A DNA stretch of 52,664 bases from a virus (Duplodnaviria > Caudoviricetes), in the IMG/VR virus record IMGVR_UViG_3300031211_000007, positions 1-52,664 of that record; one strand, 5' to 3'. The translations under genes and the position numbers were made by a program. Under the pieces are notes generated by a model. It saw only the letters and a list, made by a program, of their open reading frames with translations. It searched no databases and had not been told where the DNA came from. Positions 7,219 through 14,393 of this stretch are shown piece by piece (within the stretch, counting starts at the first letter, position 1; each line of letters starts with the position of its first letter).

Positions 7219-7473
7219 ATGAAAGATAAAAAAAGGATAGTGGCGTTTATTTATAAGTTATTCATGATAGTGTTGATATTATCTCAGATATATTTACTGA
7301 TATTCCCTGTTGTTAATTTATTCACGATATTAACCAATCTTGTTTTGATAGTATATTTAAGTTTTAGGTTTTACCTATTACATAAATTATGTGAGAATAC
7401 AGATAAGATAAATAAGAGCGTAATACGTTTGATTGAGACCTATTGCGAGGGCTGTGATAAGGAGTCTGAGTAA
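7219..7473 (+). CDS. two-TM membrane protein
   Basis: two hydrophobic helices; TATTTATA at 7187. Confidence 0.65.
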   Translation: MKDKKRIVAFIYKLFMIVLILSQIYLLIFPVVNLFTILTNLVLIVYLSFRFYLLHKLCENTDKINKSVIRLIETYCEGCDKESE

Positions 7474-7474
7474 A

Positions 7475-7747
7475 TTAAAATTTAAAATTCGATAAATGTC
7501 GTTCCGTTAGTTTTTTAGCTAAATCGGTATCGATATTGAATACGTTAGTTATGGCTGCTATGATATCAGCTGATACCATTGCATGGTTTAGTGTATTGCT
7601 AGTTTTATAATACTTCTTAGTTTGACGTATGTAACCTTTGGGTATTATTATAGCGCTACTCCACTTACGTTTTTCATTTCGAATTCTTTTTATTCTAAAT
7701 TCTTTTGAAATAAAATCGGTTATTATATCTTCTATTGTTTCTCGCAT
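7475..7747 (-). CDS. hypothetical protein
   Basis: 90-aa ORF; TATTTATA on minus strand at 7751-7758. Confidence 0.65.
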   Translation of the reverse strand: MRETIEDIITDFISKEFRIKRIRNEKRKWSSAIIIPKGYIRQTKKYYKTSNTLNHAMVSADIIAAITNVFNIDTDLAKKLTERHLSNFKF

Positions 7748-7815
7748 AGTTATAAATACTTGCCAAATATTTAAAAAAGTAGTATATTAGGCAATAAACT
7801 AAAAAATTAAAATTT

Positions 7816-8133
7816 ATGGAATTAGAAATTAACAGTGATGGACTAGATAAGTTATTATCAGATAAAGAAATTGTAATAATTGACTTTTGGGCACCTTGGT
7901 GTGGTCCTTGTAAGACGTTAGGTCCTATCGTAGAGGATGTTGCTGAGAGTAACACTGATGAAAATGTTGCTATTACTAAGGTAAATGTTGATAACGACAG
8001 TGCGTTGGCTAGGACTTATGGTGTTAGGAGTATACCTACAATAGTATTTATTAAAGAGGGTGTGGTTGTAGACCGTACAGTGGGGGTTAAATCCAAAGAT
8101 GAGATAGAAGAGATTATAAAAGGCCTTAAATAA
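7816..8133 (+). CDS. trxA: thioredoxin
   Basis: DFWAPWCGPCK, GVRSIPT. Confidence 0.95.
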   Translation: MELEINSDGLDKLLSDKEIVIIDFWAPWCGPCKTLGPIVEDVAESNTDENVAITKVNVDNDSALARTYGVRSIPTIVFIKEGVVVDRTVGVKSKDEIEEIIKGLK

Positions 8134-8140
8134 TGTACTT

Positions 8141-8165
8141 AACCCCTCTGCTAGAGGGGTTTTTT
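8141..8165 (+). terminator. intrinsic terminator
   Basis: AACCCCTCT/AGAGGGGTT stem plus T-run. Confidence 0.8.
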
Positions 8166-8188
8166 ATTTTATTAAGATATTTAATAGT

Positions 8189-8524
8189 ATGAGTAAGAAG
8201 TTAATTATAAATGAAAAGCAGTTGAAGGTTATCGAGTCGCATATTAATGAGACGGTGGCCAATGTTAAGTTGAATAATAGGATTCAGGATTTTCTTGAGG
8301 CTGATTATGAACCTAGTGTTGGTGTTAAGCAGGTTGCCAATGAATTTTATAATCAACCATTAATTAAGAAGAAAATAGACGGTAGTTCTATAACCCCTAA
8401 GGCCTTATCTGAGTATCTACAACATAAGTTTGCTGGATTACCTGTATCGCAGATAAATGATAACATCAAAGGGTGGTATTATGGCGATTACGATAGGGAG
8501 ATAGGTATGCGAAGAAAGAAATAG
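8189..8524 (+). CDS. hypothetical late protein, possibly head-associated
   Basis: N-terminal IINE and HINE motifs. Confidence 0.75.
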   Translation: MSKKLIINEKQLKVIESHINETVANVKLNNRIQDFLEADYEPSVGVKQVANEFYNQPLIKKKIDGSSITPKALSEYLQHKFAGLPVSQINDNIKGWYYGDYDREIGMRRKK

Positions 8525-8545
8525 TTTTTTTTTTCGATAAAAGTT

Positions 8546-8588
8546 AAACCCTATCTTACACAGAACGTAAAAGATAGGGTTTTTTTTT
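8546..8588 (+). terminator. intrinsic terminator
   Basis: AAACCCTATCTT/AAGATAGGGTTT stem plus T-run. Confidence 0.7.
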
Positions 8589-8661
8589 GAAATTAATGGT
8601 GGTGTAATTATGATTTAGCTGGTAGATTTTATATTTATTATAAAGACATAAACGTAAGATT

Positions 8662-8994
8662 ATGAGAAATACAAACCAGAGTTTTAGTACGTTGGGAGAT
8701 AAATTTTCAGGTAAAATACACGAGGCTTTTAAAAAGAGTTCATTAAATAAATTATATTCTGATATTGAAATTGACCGTATAATAACGTATAACGAAATTC
8801 TTGGGGAATTTATAGATTTAGGTTACCAAGAATTATATAATGAGTTTGAAACTAGAATTTGTTTGGGTGAGTGCCCTAATTTAATTTTAAAATCATTGAT
8901 AACCAAAAATGATGAGTATAAGTCGACCTTAGGGTATCTATTAAGCCAGATTGAATATTTTATTGATAAAGATTTAATGGAATTTTTCAAATAA
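8662..8994 (+). CDS. hypothetical protein
   Basis: 110-aa ORF; TATTTATTA at 8632. Confidence 0.75.
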   Translation: MRNTNQSFSTLGDKFSGKIHEAFKKSSLNKLYSDIEIDRIITYNEILGEFIDLGYQELYNEFETRICLGECPNLILKSLITKNDEYKSTLGYLLSQIEYFIDKDLMEFFK

Positions 8995-9045
8995 AACTTA
9001 CTTATTTAGATTTTTTCGTTTATATTTGTCTATTAAAACATAGTT

Positions 9046-10458
9046 TTGGGTAAAAATAAGAATCCAATTAAACGTATAGAATTTCTTGCGAAGAGATTCA
9101 ATGTGTTTGATTTAGAAGACATCGAGAGTTTATCTGAGAATGATAATATATCAGATGATGGTATTCATTACGTTGAAGTTCGTGATGATGGTGATGAGGA
9201 TAACCCAATATATGCTTTACATAGTTTTAATGAGCGTAAATTAGCTAATGAGGGTATCAAGGTACCTAAAAACATAAGAGTGGCTGATTTTGTCTTTATG
9301 GATATTGTGAGGACGGACCCGACTGAACATAAGGAGTATGTTCAATGGATGTTGACTACCTTTACTAGATTTATTAAAGAATCGGATTATACTTCCGCTT
9401 TAATGTTTGTAAAAGAAGATTTGTGGATGGCCACTGAATATCTTAAAGTGTTTCATAAGCAGAAGAACAAGCCTATATTTAAAGAGTTATGTTCTAGGAA
9501 TCGAGCATTTAAAGATATATCGGACCCATCTAACATTAACAACTATAAGAGTTTATCTCAGTTGTTTGATGCTGTTGACCCTCATATTGAAAAGGACGTA
9601 AGTAAGTTAGAGAAGGATTTAAGGAATATGGTCACGCTAAAGTTAGGTGACATACCTTATGAAGATAGAAAAGTTATGGTTTTTACACCATTGAGTGTAA
9701 AATCTAGTAGGTTATTTGGTGGATTAACTAATTGGTGTACAACTGCTAGTAAAGACAGTTATAATAATTATGTTAATCAAAAAACACCTTTTAAGACTAA
9801 AAGTAAGTTATATATAGTCATATTTAAGACGTATTTTTTAGAAGATACTGACCCTAATAAGACTCATGAATTATATCAACTTCATTTTGAAACTTATATG
9901 TTTATGGACCGAAAGGATAGGCGTATTCAGAATGTAGGTAAGTTGATTGAGGGTAATGATGGGTTAAGTAAGTTTTTCTATCACATTTTATATAAAATGG
10001 CGGTAAAAGCTGGTAAAGAAGAGCGAAAATATGTAGATATTCTATATGGTTTTGGATTTACGGATATTTTATTTGATATATTGCCTAGTGACACTAGTAC
10101 TATTAAATACATCGATTATAATATTGGTACTACACCAAACCTTAGTAGATTAAAAAACACTGTGTTCTTTTATCTGTATAATACTGGGTTGACAGAATTA
10201 CACCCTAGTATAGGTGGCCTTGATAAATTGAGTATTTTGTCTTTGCCGCATAATAAGTTGGCTACTTTACCTAAAACAATAGGTAAATTAAATGAGTTAA
10301 AATTTTTAAATTTGTTTGGAAATGAATTAAAGGAGCTGCCAGAAGAAATTAAAATGTTAGATGAGTCTAATGGTGGTTCATTAAGATTTTTGAGTATTAA
10401 TAATGATTTAGTTGACATGGCCCAAGCTTTGTTACCTAGTGTAGAAATTAACAAGTAA
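9046..10458 (+). CDS. leucine-rich-repeat protein with large N-terminal domain
   Basis: 23-aa LRRs (LPKTIGKLNELKFLNLFGNEL); TNWCT motif; TATATTTG at 9021; TTG start. Confidence 0.85.
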   Translation: MGKNKNPIKRIEFLAKRFNVFDLEDIESLSENDNISDDGIHYVEVRDDGDEDNPIYALHSFNERKLANEGIKVPKNIRVADFVFMDIVRTDPTEHKEYVQWMLTTFTRFIKESDYTSALMFVKEDLWMATEYLKVFHKQKNKPIFKELCSRNRAFKDISDPSNINNYKSLSQLFDAVDPHIEKDVSKLEKDLRNMVTLKLGDIPYEDRKVMVFTPLSVKSSRLFGGLTNWCTTASKDSYNNYVNQKTPFKTKSKLYIVIFKTYFLEDTDPNKTHELYQLHFETYMFMDRKDRRIQNVGKLIEGNDGLSKFFYHILYKMAVKAGKEERKYVDILYGFGFTDILFDILPSDTSTIKYIDYNIGTTPNLSRLKNTVFFYLYNTGLTELHPSIGGLDKLSILSLPHNKLATLPKTIGKLNELKFLNLFGNELKELPEEIKMLDESNGGSLRFLSINNDLVDMAQALLPSVEINK

Positions 10459-10514
10459 ACATTACCCTCTTTATGTTTATTTGTTATTAATAATAAGTAA
10501 ATAAATTAAATGAA

Positions 10515-11051
10515 ATGGAATTAAAAGACATTACTTGGAAAAGAGTAAACCATGGTTCAATTAACGAACCATTAATCGATTATTTAGAAAAAATGATTGA
10601 TGAGCAACACGAATTAGGTGATAAACTTAAGATTTGTGTAGGTACTGATTCCCAAAAAAGAGGGAAGGGTTTTAAGTATGCTGTTGCTATAATTGTTGAA
10701 ATGAAAAAGCCTATGGGTAAAGTAAATAATGAAACTATTTACAAAGGTTTAGGTGCTAAAGTAATTTCAGGAGTGTTTCAAGAAAAATACAGACCAACTA
10801 TTAGGGAAAGAATGTTGAAAGAGGTTCAATTATCTATCAACGTATGTTTCCACATACTTGATTTAGTTGAGCTGTATGACATTGATTTGGAAATACATGC
10901 CGACGTAAACCCTAACCCATTATGGGCATCTAATGTTGCTTTTAGTGAGGTTGTAGGTTTCTGTAAAGGTATGCAGTTAACTTATAGAGTAAAACCGAAT
11001 GCGTACGCAGCCTCAAGTGGCGCAGACAAGCTGTGTAACAGTGGTTCCTAA
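10515..11051 (+). CDS. RNase H-like YkuK (DUF458) family protein
   Basis: CVGTDSQ...EIHADVN...KPNAYAASSGAD. Confidence 0.85.
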   Translation: MELKDITWKRVNHGSINEPLIDYLEKMIDEQHELGDKLKICVGTDSQKRGKGFKYAVAIIVEMKKPMGKVNNETIYKGLGAKVISGVFQEKYRPTIRERMLKEVQLSINVCFHILDLVELYDIDLEIHADVNPNPLWASNVAFSEVVGFCKGMQLTYRVKPNAYAASSGADKLCNSGS

Positions 11052-11103
11052 TTTTTTAGATTTTTATCTGTTTTGGTTATATTTATAATAAAACATTAAA
11101 ACC

Positions 11104-11316
11104 ATGGCAGATAAAAATCCTAAAATAGTTAAGATACAAGAATCTAAATTAATTAATCTAATCAACGACCTTGTTGAAGAAGCAATCGTTGAAAGAAACT
11201 TGGTACCCGCTGAGAGTAAACCTAAGACTAAGAAAGTAACTGTTACTGAATCTCAGTTAAAGGAATTACAAAAAAAAGGTATTAAAATAAGTAACATTAC
11301 TAAAAAAAAAAGTTAA
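11104..11316 (+). CDS. 70-aa late protein; candidate -1 extension to 11522
   Basis: TATTTATA at 11080; ends ACT AAA AAA AAA AGT TAA with the -1 frame open to 11522. Confidence 0.75.
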   Translation: MADKNPKIVKIQESKLINLINDLVEEAIVERNLVPAESKPKTKKVTVTESQLKELQKKGIKISNITKKKS

Positions 11317-11522
11317 ACGAGAATAACTCTATCCCAAGTCATGAACTATTAAACGGTTCTAGTGGTTCAGTTCAAGATTCAGCCGAAGACATAGCTAGAA
11401 TCTTGTCTACCAATAATGATTATAAACCAACTTTATTTGGTAATGAGACGGCCCTAGAATTAGTAGATAAGTTAGTTGACCAACTGAACAATAATTGGCA
11501 GGCTTTTAAAGAACAAATGTAA
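11310..11522 (+). CDS. -1 frame extension of the 11104 gene (no usable start of its own)
   Basis: KLNENNSIPSHELLNG...NNWQAFKEQM open frame after the A10 tract. Confidence 0.55.
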   Translation, partial: KLNENNSIPSHELLNGSSGSVQDSAEDIARILSTNNDYKPTLFGNETALELVDKLVDQLNNNWQAFKEQM

Positions 11523-12030
11523 GCGGACAAAACAACGCCTTGCCTTATTACATGAGAAGGTAGCAAACAAACGCAAAGATTTTTTGCACAAAACATCTAC
11601 TAAGTTAATCCGTGAGAACCAAACGATTTGCTTAGAGACACTCGCAGTAAGTAATATGGTTAAGAACCACAATTTAGCGCAAGCAATTACCGATGTAAGT
11701 TGGTCAACTTTTGTAACTATGTTAGAATACAAAGCTGATTGGTATGGTAAAAACATCCTAAGAATAGGACGTTTTGCACCGTCAAGTAAAACTTGCTCTT
11801 GCTGTGGAAATATAAACAAAGAACTCACACTTAAAGACCGTGAATGGACTTGTTCTGTGTGTACTTCTGTTCTTGACCGTGATGTAAATGCTTCCATAAA
11901 TATTAAATCTTTTGCTTTAAAAAATAATTTGAGTGGGGAACACACTCTTAAAAATCAGGACGAACTGTTGACGTTAGTCAAAGTGCTGACTCCTGAAGCC
12001 CATCCCATCGCCTCTGGCGTGGGTGGGTAG
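11521..12030 (+). pseudogene. tnpB: 5'-truncated TnpB (RuvC-II, zinc finger, RuvC-III only)
   Basis: KRTKQRLALLHEKVANKRKDFLHK...ICLETL...SSKTCSCCG...WTCSVC...DRDVNASINI; in-frame stop just upstream, N-terminal half absent. Confidence 0.9.
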
Positions 12031-12035
12031 TTCAC
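11995..12035 (+). mobile_element. IS200/IS605 right end
   Basis: GAAG-hairpin(CCCATCCCA/TGGGTGGG)-TAGTTCAC; exact 41-bp reverse complement of 13163-13203. Confidence 0.85.
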
Positions 12036-12259
12036 TTGTTTAATAATTTCTTATAACTTTGCTTTGGCACAAAACGTTTAGGTACACCTATACCATATAC
12101 AAAAATGTTTTGTAATATTGGTGGTACATATGTAAAATGAGACATAAGCTCAAATTCTTTACTTGACTTTGAATCGTTGTAGTCTTGTAACTTATTATTT
12201 AATTTAATAAGTATTTTTTCTATTTCATTGCTGATATTTAATCGTCTATTAAATTTAAA
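12032..12259 (-). CDS. open frame without a canonical 5' start, terminated within the IS right end
   Basis: ...NISNEIEKILIKLNNKLQDY...QSYKKLLNK; the TGA lies inside the element end. Confidence 0.4.
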   Translation of the reverse strand, partial: FKFNRRLNISNEIEKILIKLNNKLQDYNDSKSSKEFELMSHFTYVPPILQNIFVYGIGVPKRFVPKQSYKKLLNK

Positions 12260-12567
12260 TTATACGTACTGGCCACCTTAGTTAGTGCGACCCTTAACTT
12301 TGATACTACATCATCTATTTTTGAACCATCATTATCGTCAACCATGAAATATCTTTCCCACAACCAACCTCTTAATTCACTTAACATTTCAAAAGTATTT
12401 ATGAACTCTTTTTTATTCTTAACCTCATTAAGGAGGTGGTTAGAATAGTTCAGTATGTGAACGGTTGCTGATAATTCAACAAAATCACCACGTTCATCAT
12501 TGCTATTAGCCCATACCTCAACTTCAAATAAGGTTTTATTATTATCATTTCTTAAAAATAGTACCAT
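12238..12567 (-). CDS. hypothetical protein
   Basis: 109-aa ORF in a tight operon. Confidence 0.75.
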   Translation of the reverse strand: MVLFLRNDNNKTLFEVEVWANSNDERGDFVELSATVHILNYSNHLLNEVKNKKEFINTFEMLSELRGWLWERYFMVDDNDGSKIDDVVSKLRVALTKVASTYNLNLIDD

Positions 12568-12568
12568 A

Positions 12569-12997
12569 TTATTGTCTCATAAAATTAATTAAATACTTAG
12601 TTATGTTTTTGGCACCTTCTGGATTTGCACTATGTACGGTCCACTTTGGTAACGTTACGTCATTATCTAAACAATAATCTACTAAGTATTTTGCACAGTC
12701 CATTCCAGTTTTCTCTTTGGAGTTCATTTCGGAAGACCATTTATTATAATCACCGTATCTTTCAACAGGTGTGTAGTGTTCATCAGCTAAATCATGGTCA
12801 AAAGATATTTTATCTGGTAAACCATTAGTTTCTATCCAATTCTTGAACTCATTATAGTTTTTGACCCATATAACACCCTTTCTATGGGCTTCAAACTCAG
12901 GACAGAATTTAGTTAAGAATTCAGTATCTTTTGGGTCTCGATAATCATCAAGCCACAGTAAAACGTCTTTCACGATATTATTGTTTTGATGAATCAC
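12569..12997 (-). CDS. cyclic-phosphate-processing receiver-like domain protein
   Basis: LWLDDYRDP...ISFDHDL...TGMDCAKYL...VHSANPEG. Confidence 0.8.
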   Translation of the reverse strand: MIHQNNNIVKDVLLWLDDYRDPKDTEFLTKFCPEFEAHRKGVIWVKNYNEFKNWIETNGLPDKISFDHDLADEHYTPVERYGDYNKWSSEMNSKEKTGMDCAKYLVDYCLDNDVTLPKWTVHSANPEGAKNITKYLINFMRQ

Positions 12998-13391
12998 TAA
13001 TCCATCTGATTAATAATTTACCTTCCACCTCTACATTAAAATCAGCGTCACCCATATCATCTACAGGTACCTCGAAATTAACTGTTTGTTCTTTTAGGTC
13101 GGCGTAGTAATATGCAACACCTTTCCTAATAAATCTAAGTCTGGCTTTAGGTTTTTGTTTATGTGAACTACCCACCCACGCCAGAGGCGATGGGATGGGC
13201 TTCGGAGGTCATAGACTCACCTAATGGCAACGCCTTACTCCGTTTTTGTTTTATATCCGAGTCAGTTCCTGAACCAGATAGTATTGGTTAATCATTACCT
13301 TTGTCGCTTACATCCCACCCACGTAAAAGCGATGGGTGGGTTTTACGCTCCGTTTATATAAATCTTTTTTAATTTCATTCTTATTCTCCAT
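12978..13391 (-). pseudogene. 72-aa hypothetical gene interrupted by an IS mini-element
   Basis: removing 13163-13357 restores MENKNEIKKDLYKQKPKARLRF...SSKQ in one frame. Confidence 0.85.
13163..13357 (-). mobile_element. 195-bp non-autonomous IS200/IS605 element (LE + omegaRNA-like region + RE)
   Basis: inserted 3' of TTTAT, LE hairpin preceded by AAAA, RE hairpin preceded by GAAG and ending TCAC; no tnpA or tnpB. Confidence 0.85.
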
Positions 13392-13392
13392 A

Positions 13393-13542
13393 TTATTTGT
13401 TATTTATGAAACTTTTAGCTAAAGTATTTGATAGGTTTACTAACCCTTTTCTTGAATCAGGGTTTTTTAGCATCCTTGTTGTGTCAGTTATATTTGGGTT
13501 ATTAATCAAGGCCACGTATATCTTCTCAGCTAAACTTTCCAT
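13393..13542 (-). CDS. 49-aa hypothetical protein (not in ORF track)
   Basis: MESLAEKIYVALINNP...; TATATTTG at 13556-13563. Confidence 0.65.
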   Translation of the reverse strand: MESLAEKIYVALINNPNITDTTRMLKNPDSRKGLVNLSNTLAKSFINNK

Positions 13543-13590
13543 ATATTATTTTAAACAAATATATCGAAAATAAATTAATTAAACAAGTTT

Positions 13591-14316
13591 TTAGTGACCT
13601 CTGTTTGAAATTAGGTAGTTTGGTGATATTCTACTGAACCCTAGTTTGTTCCAGAATTCAATGCTTGCTGACTTAGGGGCTACAAGGATAGAGTTAGCAT
13701 CCTTAAATAAAGGCCATAGTTCATTTACCGCTTGAGATATTATGTGTAATTCCTCGTACTCCTTTTTAAATTTAATACCTGTGATTTCTATGACATCCTT
13801 TTTAGTAGGCGACGGAGATACTACTATTAAACCAGCTTTCCTACCGTTATAATTAACTAAAACGTTTATAGATTCTGGATTTTCGTCAACCACCTTTAGG
13901 TCAACATCTTCTCTAAGAAACTTTTTAATGACTTTCTTTGTGGATTCATTTGTAGCTTCTTCCATCTTTTTAAGTTTGGTATAGTACTTAGGGTCTTCAA
14001 ATATGTGGTCTTTTGCTATCTCGTATGCAACGTTTTTATCTGAAGTGTGTTCCATTTCTACCTTAACGCCAGCTTTAATTTCATCGTTGATTACGTTTAC
14101 TGGTACTTGGTGTTTCTTAGCAATATCTTGAACTGGTAAATTATCGGCCAAACCACCTATGACTTTATTTTTATCCTTAGGGTCATCCTCACCTTTATCT
14201 TGAATAGGCTTTTTGTTAGGGCCGCCACCGATTATATTGTTTTTAGATTCTTTATCTTTAACTGGTTTATCGGTTGGTAGGTTATTTATGTCCTTAGATT
14301 TACTTTCGTTTTTCAT
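13591..14316 (-). CDS. DUF5661-like domain protein with GNAT-like C-terminus
   Basis: GVKVEMEHT...IAKDHIFEDPKYYTKL; SIEFWNKLGF. Confidence 0.7.
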   Translation of the reverse strand: MKNESKSKDINNLPTDKPVKDKESKNNIIGGGPNKKPIQDKGEDDPKDKNKVIGGLADNLPVQDIAKKHQVPVNVINDEIKAGVKVEMEHTSDKNVAYEIAKDHIFEDPKYYTKLKKMEEATNESTKKVIKKFLREDVDLKVVDENPESINVLVNYNGRKAGLIVVSPSPTKKDVIEITGIKFKKEYEELHIISQAVNELWPLFKDANSILVAPKSASIEFWNKLGFSRISPNYLISNRGH

Positions 14317-14355
14317 AATATATACTTTTAATTCTTTATCACATTAATAAATACT

Positions 14356-14381
14356 AAAAAACCCGCTAAAAGCGGGTTTTT
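14356..14381 (-). terminator. intrinsic terminator (bidirectional shape)
   Basis: AAAAACCCGC-TAAAA-GCGGGTTTTT. Confidence 0.8.
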
Positions 14382-14393
14382 GTTTTAAAGTAT

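Noticed and set aside
11472-11945. 157-aa minus-strand ORF
   Set aside because: Antisense shadow of the tnpB remnant.
12978-13175. 65-aa ORF starting MGSSH
   Set aside because: Its start lies in the IS right end; the true start is 13391.
13157-13357. 6-bp target-site duplication (ATAAAC) implying a DDE transposon
   Set aside because: Subterminal hairpins, the TCAC end and guide-target pairing fit HUH IS200/IS605 chemistry, and there are no terminal inverted repeats.
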